Numbered from the stretch's first letter, positions 43,867 to 53,352 are shown. The stretch is 64,000 nucleotides of DNA from Dehalococcoidia bacterium (GCA_965247485.1 OZ252017.1:1018173-1082172), one strand, 5' to 3'. Notes: generated by a model from the letters alone, not told the origin. Translations and numbers: made by a program.

Positions 43867-45129
43867 CTAGGCTGCGGTGTCGATCTCGACGATGGCGTTT
43901 GGCTGCGTCAGCGCAAAGGCTGCCCGCAGGTTTGCCAGCATCGCCAGAAGGCCGCGGGTGAAGAAGTCGGCGTGGGAGTCGCTGATCGAGAGAGACGACT
44001 GTTGCCGGTCCCACAGCGTGCACTTTTGAAAGTCGCCGGTCATGCCGCCGCCGGCGGTTACCGCCTCTTCCTCCACAACCGGCAAGCCCCAGAGACGAGG
44101 GATACCGACCTGAGCCGGACCGCCGTAGTAGTAGCGGGCCTCACTGTCCTGGAGGAGGTCGATGGTCTCCCAATCGGTCGGGTTTAGGACGTAGGCGTTT
44201 GCGACCCGCCGGCCAACGGTGCTGACCAGGGTCTTGGCCTTTCGTGTGGTCGTCAGAATGTTCGTGTCCCATGCCTGCGTCTGAGTACCAGACGTATTGA
44301 GGATGCCCGGGATGTCGGAGCTACCGGAGCCGTTGACGATCTTGTCAGCCAGCGTCTCCTCGACGTTGTCTTTGAGCTCGGTGTCAACGATGCCCTGCAT
44401 CTGTGGCACGTCCGCTACAGCCTGCTTCGTGACGGGAATCCAGTTGGCGATGTCATAGACAGCGGTGTTGCGCACAACAAATGCCATCGCTGATTCGGCC
44501 GCCGACCCTGTACCGTCGCCGCTACCGGTCGCTTCTGGCCTGGTAGCAGCTGCATTGGTGCGCGAGGTCTGCGCCACGTACTCAACCAGGTCGCTGCTTG
44601 TTGAGAGACGCCGGATGATGTCAAAGATGCGTAGCGGCTTGCGGCCTATTGTCTGCAGCTCGGGGAAGCGGTCAGCAACAACGAAGGCGCCGGCCGAGGT
44701 CGCGGAGTCTCCCGTAATCAAGTTGGCCATTAGGCCAAGCTCGCCAAGGCCTTTGAAGGCGTAGCCTGGCATCTGGAACTTACCAGCCTCGGGGATCCTT
44801 CCTTCCGGAGCGTAGTTGGCCAGGGCTGCCTTGAACTCTTCCGAGTCGACAAAGCGCTGACCGAGACTTACGACCGGGGCCCGCCCATCGGTCTTGGCCG
44901 GGTTGGGGTGGTCAGGGTCGGCCCGGCCACCGGTGGCGGACGACTTTGCGAACTTCTCAGTCCGGGTGACCTCGGCCTCAAGGTCGGCCTCACCGTTAAT
45001 CATGGCATCGAGCTTGCGCTCGTCGTCCTCCGTCGGCGCGTTCTCGGCATCGAACGAAGCAGCGAAATCAATCCGCTCCTTTCGTACCACTGTCAGCTTG
45101 TGACGCATCTCTTCGACTTCTGTGGCCAT
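43867..45129 (-). CDS. HK97-fold major capsid protein
   Basis: ATG 45129 lies behind AAGAGGAGGA. The product has an N-terminal coiled-coil delta-like domain (MATEVEEMRHKLTVVRKERIDF...) and then a capsid core. The longest ORF (to 45330) overlaps the protease gene. Confidence 0.85.
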   Translation of the reverse strand: MATEVEEMRHKLTVVRKERIDFAASFDAENAPTEDDERKLDAMINGEADLEAEVTRTEKFAKSSATGGRADPDHPNPAKTDGRAPVVSLGQRFVDSEEFKAALANYAPEGRIPEAGKFQMPGYAFKGLGELGLMANLITGDSATSAGAFVVADRFPELQTIGRKPLRIFDIIRRLSTSSDLVEYVAQTSRTNAAATRPEATGSGDGTGSAAESAMAFVVRNTAVYDIANWIPVTKQAVADVPQMQGIVDTELKDNVEETLADKIVNGSGSSDIPGILNTSGTQTQAWDTNILTTTRKAKTLVSTVGRRVANAYVLNPTDWETIDLLQDSEARYYYGGPAQVGIPRLWGLPVVEEEAVTAGGGMTGDFQKCTLWDRQQSSLSISDSHADFFTRGLLAMLANLRAAFALTQPNAIVEIDTAA

Positions 45130-45142
45130 TGGTGTCCTCCTC

Positions 45143-46153
45143 TTAGACCGCGTTAGCGGCTGCTCGTGCCTGAAATGAACGCAGCCGCATTCGGGCGAGG
45201 CGCTCATTGGCCTCCTCGTCCTCTTGCGGCGTGGGGGTTTCGTTATCTGCTTCGAGGTCAGGTGTCTCGATTTCGGCGCGAACGCCGGCGCCGCTTGGTG
45301 CGATTCGGAAGGTTCTGGCGACGACGGCATCGAAAGTCATGACCCCATCGACCATGCCCTCCGCCTTGGCGGCCTTGGCGGTCAGCACGTCGCCTTCGCC
45401 GTATCCGCCGCGGACCACGGAAGCAGCCACTCCGCGCCCTCGGGCGACGTCGGCAAGAAACTGGCCATAGACGTCGTCGACCCGAGCCTGAATGTGTGCG
45501 AGGGCCTCCTCATTCAGAGGCTCAAACTGGTTGCCCAATGTCTTGTATTTACCAGCGCTAATTAGCGTCGTCTTAACACCGAGGTCCTCGGCCATCTTGG
45601 AGACGTCTTGATGTATGGCGTACACACCGATGCTGCCGACGATCCCACCAGGCGTGATGTAAAAGCGGTCCGCCGAGGCGCCAATCCAGTAGGCCGCGCT
45701 GGCAGCCAGGCTATTGGCGACGGCAATGATCGGCTTCTGACCGCGTGAGTCATAGATCTTCTGAGCTAGCTCGGTGACCCCGTAGCTGGTGCCGCCCGGA
45801 CTGTCGATGTCCAAGATGATTTTACTTACCGCGTCATCAGCCAGAAGGGTATCGAGAGCTGCGGCGATTTCATCAGTCGCAGCGCCGCCGACAGCAAAGC
45901 CGGAGATGTCACCTTTGGCGTGCTGGGAGATTGTGCCCCGGATTGGGATGATGCCGGTGGCGCCGTTAGTTTTGGATGACTGCGCGGACCGTTCGGTCGC
46001 CGCAGCGACCATCGCCTCTAGCGTGGCCGATGGCTGAGCATCGAACATCATCAGCCGGGCCAGGACATGAGCTCGCAACTCTTCCAGTCCGGCGACGGTG
46101 ATAGCCAGCGGTTTGCCGGCCAGAAACTTGTCGATGTCGAAATCTGAAAGCAA
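45143..46153 (-). CDS. S49/ClpP-fold prohead protease
   Basis: 336-aa ORF with IILDIDSPGGTSYG and IIAVANSLAASAAYWIGASADRFYITPGGIVGSIGVY. Confidence 0.8.
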   Translation of the reverse strand: MLSDFDIDKFLAGKPLAITVAGLEELRAHVLARLMMFDAQPSATLEAMVAAATERSAQSSKTNGATGIIPIRGTISQHAKGDISGFAVGGAATDEIAAALDTLLADDAVSKIILDIDSPGGTSYGVTELAQKIYDSRGQKPIIAVANSLAASAAYWIGASADRFYITPGGIVGSIGVYAIHQDVSKMAEDLGVKTTLISAGKYKTLGNQFEPLNEEALAHIQARVDDVYGQFLADVARGRGVAASVVRGGYGEGDVLTAKAAKAEGMVDGVMTFDAVVARTFRIAPSGAGVRAEIETPDLEADNETPTPQEDEEANERLARMRLRSFQARAAANAV

Positions 46154-46254
46154 AAGAACCTCCAGTCCCGGTCAAACCCGATCCGGTGGAGGTCCTTGTA
46201 ACCGCTTTAACCCCTGACGGTCCTCTCGCGGTGTTTATTCGATTACTCTAAACG

Positions 46255-46449
46255 TTAAGACGCTTTTGTCTGACCTGTCAAGGCCTCATTGCCCTTTGAT
46301 GACGCTTTATCGATGCGCCCTACCAGTTTGACCACGGTCTGCCAACCGCATGGGCAAGGCACGGCATCCAGCACCGAGCCGTCGGTGGCCCCGATATAGC
46401 GGCCGCAAGCAGGGCACGTGAACCGCCGGGCTGAAGCTTGGTCGCTCAC
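46255..46449 (-). CDS. small zinc-ribbon protein
   Basis: 64-aa ORF with FTCPACGRY...VPCPCGW. It is coupled to the portal gene stop. Confidence 0.4.
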   Translation of the reverse strand: MSDQASARRFTCPACGRYIGATDGSVLDAVPCPCGWQTVVKLVGRIDKASSKGNEALTGQTKAS

Positions 46450-47687
46450 TTAGCGCCAGATCCCATTGCCACCTCATCGAGCTTGTCCAACGGGACCATG
46501 TTCGTCATCGCGAGCACCGTGTCACCTCCCTCGACCGGCTCCAGCTCCTCGAGCGCACGCTTTTCGTTGATGGTCATGAAGTCGGCGATGCGGTAGGCCT
46601 GATAGCGCTGCAGCGTGTTGCCGCGCAACAACCCTGCGGTATTCATTCGCATGTAGCGGTTGGTGAGCTCGCGGACCAGGAGGTCATCTGACACGGCCTG
46701 CTGAATTCGGTTGATGTGAGCCTGGAAGTTGAAGGTCGTCAGGTTGCGGTTCTGTTCCTCCAGGCCGTTGCCGCCACCTTGGCTGGCGTGGTCTATGTCG
46801 CCTAACAGGAAGGGAGGTAGACCCAGTAGGCGTGCCATGTCCGCCACGGTGAACTTGCGGGCGCCGAGGATCTGCATCTCCTCTAAGTCGGTGCTGACCT
46901 TCTGGAAAGTCGCGCCGTTGCCAAGTACCGCGATCTTGCCGGTGCGCCTGACGCCGGCGTGCTTGCGCTCCCATAGGTCGGCCAGGGCGTCGGCCTGCTT
47001 CTCGGTCAAGTCGCCAGTGGTCGAGAGAAGTCCGGGCGGGATTTGTCCTTGTCCCAGAGATCGGGCGGCGTATTCCTCAGCCGACAAGCCGAGGGCGATA
47101 GCCTGCGGGGCAATCTTAATGGGGTCATAGCCGGTCAGTGCCCCACCCCAGTTCGGTATGTGGATGATTTCGCCACCGGCCTTGTAGTCGAGCATCGGCA
47201 GCTCTTCGCCTTCGACGTCGTAGACCTTTACGCCGGCCTTGGTTCGGCCAACGCGGACTCGGTTGCGGTCGATATACCAGATCGAGCCAAAGCCACCTGA
47301 CCAGTTGCGGTCATCCTTGTCTACGAAGACGTAGCCGTTACCGCGAACTTCATCACCCGCGACCCGCTCCCAGAGGCTCTGCATCGTCATCTCCGGGTTG
47401 GGTCGCCGCCAGAGGTAGGACGTGTCGTCGGTCTTTACCTTGCGCGTCTTGCCTTCGGAGCCGTCAGCCTCGACCTCTTCCTCGAAGACCTGGATCGGAA
47501 GGCCGCCGACCGTCTGGGCGATCAAGGTGACGCCGCGATAGAAGGCGGTGAGTGAGAGCGCCGTTTGGTCGCTGACGGTGGCCCCTGTCAGAGAGCGTGG
47601 ATTGAATGCCCACTCGGCTGCCTTCTCCTTGAGTGCCGGGTTTGGCCCCGACGTCCTGATCCGGCGTGCGATGCTATCCAGTACCAT
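46446..47687 (-). CDS. portal protein (HK97 family)
   Basis: ATG 47687 (MVLDSIARRIRTSGPN...) gives 413 aa in the typical position after the terminase. The track ORF starts at 47780. Confidence 0.85.
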   Translation of the reverse strand: MVLDSIARRIRTSGPNPALKEKAAEWAFNPRSLTGATVSDQTALSLTAFYRGVTLIAQTVGGLPIQVFEEEVEADGSEGKTRKVKTDDTSYLWRRPNPEMTMQSLWERVAGDEVRGNGYVFVDKDDRNWSGGFGSIWYIDRNRVRVGRTKAGVKVYDVEGEELPMLDYKAGGEIIHIPNWGGALTGYDPIKIAPQAIALGLSAEEYAARSLGQGQIPPGLLSTTGDLTEKQADALADLWERKHAGVRRTGKIAVLGNGATFQKVSTDLEEMQILGARKFTVADMARLLGLPPFLLGDIDHASQGGGNGLEEQNRNLTTFNFQAHINRIQQAVSDDLLVRELTNRYMRMNTAGLLRGNTLQRYQAYRIADFMTINEKRALEELEPVEGGDTVLAMTNMVPLDKLDEVAMGSGAK

Positions 47688-47922
47688 CCTCGTCCTCCTG
47701 TTCCGGTGTTGACAGCGTCGAGAGCCAGGCGCCGGCGAACGCGGCCAGCAGACCGAATCCGCCAGCCACCAACAAAGCAACCACTGGCTGCCACAAAGCC
47801 ACAGCCGCTACTATCGCGATCACGCTTGCGACCGCCAGGAGATCTCGTCCCGCGGGCGTACCCCAGGTCGATGACCTCAGTCTTCGCGCTACAGCATCCA
47901 CAAGTTGGCCTTCTTTATTCAT
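47674..47922 (-). CDS. small two-TM protein between terminase and portal, tentative
   Basis: An ATGA overlap links it to the terminase stop. The product reads ...LLAVASVIAIVAAVALWQPVVALLVAGGFGLLAAFAGAWL. Confidence 0.35.
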   Translation of the reverse strand: MNKEGQLVDAVARRLRSSTWGTPAGRDLLAVASVIAIVAAVALWQPVVALLVAGGFGLLAAFAGAWLSTLSTPEQEDEDGTG

Positions 47923-49610
47923 TCCTCGTCCTCTTCCGAGATATAGATGCCGTGCCATTCATCCACCGCTGGCAGCACGATCACGCGAGCGGTCGCGGTG
48001 ACTAACCCCGTGATTGGGTCGATTCGCTCGGTGCTTCTGGCCTTGTCAGGCTTGATGTTCCCAGCAGGGTCATGGCTTACCGCCACGTTGCTCGCCGCCC
48101 ACCTCAGCACAGGGTGTCCACCATGGCGCAGGTCTTTACTCATAAGGAGCTTTCCGACTTCTTTCGTCGCCTCGGATAACGACTGAAATCCTTGTCGAAC
48201 TGGCACGCAGGTGAAGCCGGCCTCGCCTAGCTTGATTGCGGTCTGCATGGCGTTCCATGGGTCATAGGCGACCTCACGGATCTCGTAGACGTCCGCCAAC
48301 TCGACCAGCAGGTTGATGATGTAGTCGTAGTCGATAACGTTGCCTTCGGTGGCAATCAAGAAATCCTCGTCACGCCACTGGTCGTATGGCACGCGGTCGC
48401 GCTCGGCGCGTTTGAGGATGTTCTCCTCCGGGACGAAGCAGAAGCTCAAAACGTCGTAGCCTCCGTCATCGTCCGGAAATATAAGCTCCAAGGCAGTCAG
48501 GTCATATTTCTGCGATAGGTCTAGGCCCGCAACACATTCGCGACCCGCCAGGGCCTCGCGCATCTCCTCGTGGCTGAGTGGGCCCGCGTTCTCGTCCCAG
48601 AGGTCCATGTCCAACCAGCGGTCCGCTTGCTCGGTCCAGACGTCTAAGTGCTTGCAACGAAAAGCGTTCTGTTCGCTGGGCATCTGCTTGGCTTTTTCGC
48701 ACTTGCGCTCGAGGTCATCCAGCTTCACAGAGACTCCGAGGTTGGGGTTTGCCTTTACCCAAACGGATGGGTCTTTCCAGTCGTCACCCTCGTCGATAGA
48801 GGCAATGAAGACGAAGAAGGTGTCATCGTCGATGATCTGCTCGAGGATCTTGATTCCGTAATCGTGCTGCTCGTAGCACACCGAGTGACGATTGTGGCCG
48901 GCGGTGGAAATGGCGAAGGTGAGCGGCTGCCGCCGGGCACCGGTTGCTGTCTCGATCACATCCCACATCACCCGGGTCTTGTGCGCGTGGAGCTCGTCAA
49001 CGATGGCGCCGTGAATGTTAAGGCCGTCCATGCCGTCCTCATCGGCGCCCAGCGGCTCGAACTTTGAACGCGAGGATTCCTGGTGCAGGTTGCCGACCAG
49101 TACGCTGATGCGCTTCCTGAGGTCGGACGACTTCTTCACCATGGCTTGCGCGTCGCCCCAGACGATCTTGGCCTGGTCTCGCTTAGTCGCCGCGGAGTAA
49201 ACCTCGGCGCCGGGCTCCTCGTCGAAGAAGGCCAAAAGTAAACCGACACCAGCCGCGAGCAAGGACTTGCCGTTCTTACGGGCGATCTCGTTGTACGCAA
49301 CACGGAAGCGGCGGGTGCCGTCCTCACGTAGCCAGCCAAAAAGCGATCCGATTATGAACTCCTGCCACGGCTCCAGGACGACGGGCTGGCCTGCCCACTC
49401 GCCCTTTGTGTGCTTCAGGTAGCCAAAGAAGTCGATTGCGCGTTGCGCGGCGTCCGGATCGAAATCGAATCCTCGCTCTCTCCGATGCTCCCAATCTCGC
49501 AGGTGGCGCTGGCAGGCCAGGCGCACAAGCCTACCTGTCACAACGCGACCGGCTATCACGGCTTCAGCGTAGGCAGTGACGGGCGATTTAGCCGGTGCCG
49601 CCGTGGTCAC
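47919..49610 (-). CDS. terminase large subunit
   Basis: 563-aa ORF with Walker A-like EIARKNGKSLLAAGV and the nuclease half DPWNAMQ..., in a typical Terminase_1 layout. Confidence 0.9.
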   Translation of the reverse strand: MTTAAPAKSPVTAYAEAVIAGRVVTGRLVRLACQRHLRDWEHRRERGFDFDPDAAQRAIDFFGYLKHTKGEWAGQPVVLEPWQEFIIGSLFGWLREDGTRRFRVAYNEIARKNGKSLLAAGVGLLLAFFDEEPGAEVYSAATKRDQAKIVWGDAQAMVKKSSDLRKRISVLVGNLHQESSRSKFEPLGADEDGMDGLNIHGAIVDELHAHKTRVMWDVIETATGARRQPLTFAISTAGHNRHSVCYEQHDYGIKILEQIIDDDTFFVFIASIDEGDDWKDPSVWVKANPNLGVSVKLDDLERKCEKAKQMPSEQNAFRCKHLDVWTEQADRWLDMDLWDENAGPLSHEEMREALAGRECVAGLDLSQKYDLTALELIFPDDDGGYDVLSFCFVPEENILKRAERDRVPYDQWRDEDFLIATEGNVIDYDYIINLLVELADVYEIREVAYDPWNAMQTAIKLGEAGFTCVPVRQGFQSLSEATKEVGKLLMSKDLRHGGHPVLRWAASNVAVSHDPAGNIKPDKARSTERIDPITGLVTATARVIVLPAVDEWHGIYISEEDEE

Positions 49611-50074
49611 TTCGACCGCCTCCGACTTTCCCAGTTAGCGAACGTGTCGTCTTCTCGCTGCTCGACCGGCGTGACCCGACTCCGGCTGCTCGGCGACATG
49701 CCGAATTCAACCAACAGCTTTGTCATTTGCTGCTGTGCCTTGTTGGCGATAGCGAGGTAGGGAGACTGCATCAGGAAGCCACCAGGTGCTTTGATGACGG
49801 TGCCAAACTGGGTCAGGTTCTTCTCGGCATCTACCCATCGACCCCACGCCTGGCAGTAGAGGGCTAGGGCGCCGCGGTCGATCTCCGTGACAAGGCCGAG
49901 GGCTAGCAGGTGCCCTCCGGTCCGTTTCCATTCGCGCCGAGCTTCACCCGTGAGGTGCGCCGGGCACGCCGGCAGTTTGGCCTTTGGTTTGGCCTCGTCC
50001 TTATTTATGGCTCGCTTCCCGGGGTTGCCGTGCAGCTTTACAAGGTTGGAAGGTGTTGGCTTACGACCGCGCAT
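49607..50074 (-). CDS. terminase small subunit (P27 family)
   Basis: 155-aa ORF reading MRGRKPTPSNLVKLHGNPGKRAINKDEAKP...HL...A..EW, the P27-type N-terminus. An ATGA overlap links it to the large subunit gene. Confidence 0.75.
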   Translation of the reverse strand: MRGRKPTPSNLVKLHGNPGKRAINKDEAKPKAKLPACPAHLTGEARREWKRTGGHLLALGLVTEIDRGALALYCQAWGRWVDAEKNLTQFGTVIKAPGGFLMQSPYLAIANKAQQQMTKLLVEFGMSPSSRSRVTPVEQREDDTFANWESRRRSK

Positions 50075-51299
50075 CTCGCACCGCCTTCTCGCCTGTGAAT
50101 TCTTCCCAGCGCAGGACCGCCACGTCCACGTAGCGTGGCTCCATCTCCACCGCGTAGCAGCGCCGGCCTAGGCGTTCAGCGGCGACAATCTGGGTGCCGG
50201 AGCCAGAGAACGGCTCGTAGCAAACGTCGCCTCTTTCCGTGTGGTATTCGATAGGTCGCGAGAAGATCTCGACTGGTTTCTGTGTGGGATGGATGCCGTC
50301 GGATTCGCCCTTCTGGTCTATTTCCCAGACAGAGCGACTAGCGACCGGTGGTCTCTTGCTTGGCTGGTGGCCTTCGAGCCAGCCGTAAAGAGCCGGTTCG
50401 TGCTGCCACATGTAGTGTGATCGGGTGAGCGTCGACCGTGACTTTACCCAGATAAGCACCTGGTGAACGTGGAGACCGATACGGTTCCATACATCTTCAA
50501 TCACCGACTGTCGAAGGATCGCGTGCCATTGATAGACGGCAGCGTCCGGATCGAGGTGCGGCAGAGCGGCTGCTAGGAACGCATAGAAGAAGTCGCTAGC
50601 CGCACTCGTGTCGTGGTAGTCGTCCCAGTGCTTGTCCTTTACGGTCGCCTTGTTTTGCCAAGACTCTGGGTGGTTGTCGCCCTGGTAGTTCACTAGATAC
50701 GGCGGGTCGGTGGCCATCAGGGCTGCCTTCTCGCCAGCCATCAACCGGCCTACGTCCTCAGCCTTAGTCGAATCGCCGCAGAGTAATCGGTGCCCGCCAA
50801 GGAGCCATAGATCGCCAAGCTTCGAAATGGGCTCGTCGGGAGGCTCCGGGACGGTGTCGGGGTCTGTCAGGCCATTCGCCGGCGGCATGGAGATCTTCGT
50901 TCGCCGCGCCAGGTCTTCCATCATGTTGTTTAGTTCGTCGCTACTGAAGGACACCTCCTCCATCAAGGCGCTGAGGTTGTCCTTGTTTGCCTCCGCCATT
51001 GCGGCCAATGGGTCCAGCGTCAGGAGTACTTTGTCCGCTTCTTCTTCGGTCAGGTCGAGAATGAGAACTGGCACGTCGGCGTCGGGCGTAGTCTCAGCCC
51101 GCAAGTGGCCGTCAATAAGCACCAAACCCTCGGGCGTCTCACGAGCCAGCAGCGCATCGGCGTAACCGACCTCGCTCAACAGGCCCTTCAGCGCGGCCTC
51201 CTGTGCCGGCGGATGCTTGCGCCAATTCTTCGCGTTCGGCAATAGCTCACTTGCCTTCACCCTGCGAAGCTCCACGATGCGGTCTCGGATTGATTCCAT
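50061..51299 (-). CDS. ParB-like N-terminal domain fused to a DNA N6-adenine/N4-cytosine methyltransferase
   Basis: 412-aa ORF. The ParB-like block reads LLPNAKNWRKHPPAQEAALKGLLSEVGYADALLARE. The methyltransferase motif IV is TDPPY, and motif I-like is YEPFSGSGTQIVAAERLGRRCYAVE. Confidence 0.8.
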   Translation of the reverse strand: MESIRDRIVELRRVKASELLPNAKNWRKHPPAQEAALKGLLSEVGYADALLARETPEGLVLIDGHLRAETTPDADVPVLILDLTEEEADKVLLTLDPLAAMAEANKDNLSALMEEVSFSSDELNNMMEDLARRTKISMPPANGLTDPDTVPEPPDEPISKLGDLWLLGGHRLLCGDSTKAEDVGRLMAGEKAALMATDPPYLVNYQGDNHPESWQNKATVKDKHWDDYHDTSAASDFFYAFLAAALPHLDPDAAVYQWHAILRQSVIEDVWNRIGLHVHQVLIWVKSRSTLTRSHYMWQHEPALYGWLEGHQPSKRPPVASRSVWEIDQKGESDGIHPTQKPVEIFSRPIEYHTERGDVCYEPFSGSGTQIVAAERLGRRCYAVEMEPRYVDVAVLRWEEFTGEKAVRDARS

Positions 51300-51486
51300 A
51301 GTGCCGATAAATCTGTGCTAAGGGCGGCTCGTCGTTCCGCGACGGGTCGCCCGCCTAACCGATGGCGGGTTGTTCAAAGTCCTACTTTTCGGTTGACACC
51401 CCCCTGTTTAATTTCGCGGTCATGCGAGAAGTGGTACGCCAGCGATGTTCGTTTCCTCAGCTGAGAAGTTTTCGAGGCGCCCTAGG

Positions 51487-51852
51487 CTATTCCTCATAGG
51501 GCCTGGCTCGTGACTTGATGCGAGCTTGGATCTCCTGCCCGGTCTTCGCGTTGCTGCAGCGCCGGCAGAGCGGCTGCCAGTTGCCCTGATTCCAGAACAT
51601 CGCGTCGTGGGCGCCGTGTGGCCGAACGTGATCCACGAATGTTGCTGTGGTGATCGCTCCCTTGCGGCCGCACTCGGCGCAGTAGCGATGGAGCGCTAGA
51701 AAGGCCTTGCGTTCCTTCCGCCATCTTTGCGTCTGGTATAGAGATGAAGAGCGGCGAGCTCCCGTGAATGGCGCCGGCAGTGGGTGGTCGGGGCACGGCT
51801 GGAGCTTTGGACAGGTCGGGTTTCGGCAAGGCAAGCGGGGTCGCGTTGGCAT
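51487..51852 (-). CDS. HNH endonuclease (terminase-associated type)
   Basis: 121-aa ORF with CAECGRKG...VDHVRPHG...WQPLCRRCSNAKTG. Confidence 0.8.
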   Translation of the reverse strand: MPTRPRLPCRNPTCPKLQPCPDHPLPAPFTGARRSSSLYQTQRWRKERKAFLALHRYCAECGRKGAITTATFVDHVRPHGAHDAMFWNQGNWQPLCRRCSNAKTGQEIQARIKSRARPYEE

Positions 51853-52314
51853 TCATCACGACCCCTCGTCTTGCGGTAGCCCCCGCGGCAACACCATCTG
51901 CGTCACCCGCCCGACGCGGACCAGGTGGCGACCTCGATATTGAAAGCGTTTGTGGTCAACGAAGTCCTTGCAACTGAACACGTCGGCCCAAAGCAAGCCT
52001 CGCTGACGTGTGGTCCCTCGATGATCTGCATGTCCATTTGGCGAGGCAGCCGCCGAAGTAGGAGCCGTACCCGAGACTTGCTCGCAAGCCTTGAGCTGCG
52101 GGCATCCTCTCCGTCAATTAGCAAGTGCACCGACGACTTCCTTTGGTAAACCGACCGCTTCCTCTCTGGTAGCGCAGTTGTCGCAAAATTCACCGACCGC
52201 GTTAAGGTGTTTTCAAGCGACTCTTGGCGGTCCTGAGATTGGCAACGCTCTTCTCTAGCGTCTCAATTCGCATCGTGGCAACTTCCCAAGCCGTAGGCTT
52301 CTCTCCGTCCTGAC

Positions 52315-52524
52315 TCATGCGGCGCCAGCTGTGACCCCGACACTGGTTTCGAGACGGTATCGGTTTGTAGTCGTCATTACCAGACGCTCGTCTTCGTGAC
52401 GCTCATGGCCACATGAGAGACGAACATTCACGTAAAACAAGTCATCAATAAGATGGGCCTTACGGGAGCCAAGCACGGCGGTGACCGTCCTCCGAGCCTC
52501 ACAAACGAAACAGTAAGAATTCAA
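52315..52524 (-). CDS. hypothetical small Cys/His protein
   Basis: 69-aa ORF with CFVCEA...CGHERH, near the right end of the prophage. Confidence 0.3.
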   Translation of the reverse strand: MNSYCFVCEARRTVTAVLGSRKAHLIDDLFYVNVRLSCGHERHEDERLVMTTTNRYRLETSVGVTAGAA

Positions 52525-52560
52525 CGGGGTATTTCTCCTTTTGCTTTTGTCGGCGAGTGT

Positions 52561-52740
52561 TCATTTCGCCTGGCTTTCCTTCGCAATGCTCGCGCACCAA
52601 CAGGCCGGGCCCCACCGGATGCAGGCCTGCCACATGAGCCATGGGAGCACCGGGGCCACCAGGTATCGCCAGGCCAGGTAGGCCAGCGCGCCGGTTAGTG
52701 GCAGGCCGAGGCCATAGATGAAGAATTCAACCGTGCTCAT
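52561..52740 (-). CDS. 59-aa hydrophobic protein (first ORF at the right prophage end), tentative
   Basis: ATG 52740 lies behind AGGAGG. The product reads MSTVEFFIYGLGLPLTGALAYLAWRYLVAPVLPWLMW... It is not in the track. Confidence 0.3.
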   Translation of the reverse strand: MSTVEFFIYGLGLPLTGALAYLAWRYLVAPVLPWLMWQACIRWGPACWCASIAKESQAK

Positions 52741-52779
52741 GGGCGGGGAGCCTCCTGTTTAACTTATCGGCTGCGACCT

Positions 52780-52799
52780 CTGCTACCAATTTGCTACCA
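52780..52799 (+). repeat. 20-bp repeat CTGCTACCAATTTGCTACCA (candidate integrase arm-type site, right)
   Basis: Identical to 18097-18116 and in the same orientation. An imperfect inverted half (GGTAGTAGCA) follows. Confidence 0.5.
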
Positions 52800-52916
52800 T
52801 CGGGTAGTAGCAAGAACTGATAAGAACGTCATATGCTCTCCGTGGAGGGACATGATTCGTATCTGGGAATGTGCTGCTTTGCGCTATTTGAGCCATAAAG
52901 AATGCACCTTATCGGG

Positions 52917-52977
52917 CTCAAAAACCGTTGAGGCTAACACCTCGTGTGGGTTCGAGTCCCACCTTCGGCACCAAATT
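52917..52977 (+). repeat. attR core (displaced 3' part of tRNA-Leu)
   Basis: 61 bp identical to 17984-18044. It starts in the anticodon loop (CTCAAAA) and runs to CCA plus 4 nt. Confidence 0.88.
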
Positions 52978-53020
52978 TCGAACCCTAAGATCGCCTGCCG
53001 CGGTGGAGACAGGCTTGCCG

Positions 53021-53272
53021 CTAACCCTGAAACTGCACATGAAGTCGGAGACTGGCGTGCTGAGGCCTGACTAACCGGCGCCGCCCATTACCTTCAATGA
53101 ACAGCTGCTCACTCCTGACTTGAGTGATCCCGGTGAGTTCAGGAATTCTCGCCAGCGATTCGTCGATCAAAATCGGAGCGCCGCGCTCTCCGTAGGTCAC
53201 GGCGTCAAGCGGCTCATGGCCCTTAAACCCAATCGTGCCGCCAGTCGCGAGGATATCAATAGTTCGATACAT
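53021..53272 (-). pseudogene. N-terminal remnant of an L-asparaginase-family gene
   Basis: MYRTIDILATGGTIGFKG...LIDESLARIPELTGITQVRSEQLF matches an asparaginase N-terminus (ILATGGTI motif). The ORF ends after ~83 codons, 44 bp from attR. A full-length enzyme would be ~330 aa. Confidence 0.5.
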
Positions 53273-53352
53273 CAGATTCCGCCGATCTACTAGCCCGGCT
53301 TCTTTGTGAAAATTGGACAAGCGCGCAGCGCAACAGCATCGCCAGGAGACCG

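Larger units (their letters stand above)
17984..52977. mobile_element. integrated siphovirus-like prophage (~35 kb) in tRNA-Leu(CAA)
   Basis: 61-bp perfect direct repeats at both ends, with the integrase next to the tRNA. A complete set is present: integrase, excisionase, replication, switch, lysis, tail, head, portal, terminase and HNH. Confidence 0.88.

Noticed and set aside
51494-51859. Alternative 121-aa frame overlapping the HNH endonuclease ORF.
   Set aside because: Only the 51487..51852 frame contains the HNH/zinc motifs (CAECG...DHVRPH...CRRCSNAKTG).
51903-52193. 96-aa minus-strand ORF (GTG start) upstream of the HNH gene, and the plus-strand 51925..52149 ORF.
   Set aside because: The two overlap each other and neither has motifs or a clear RBS. 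The minus-strand one may be a real basic phage protein, but I cannot support it.
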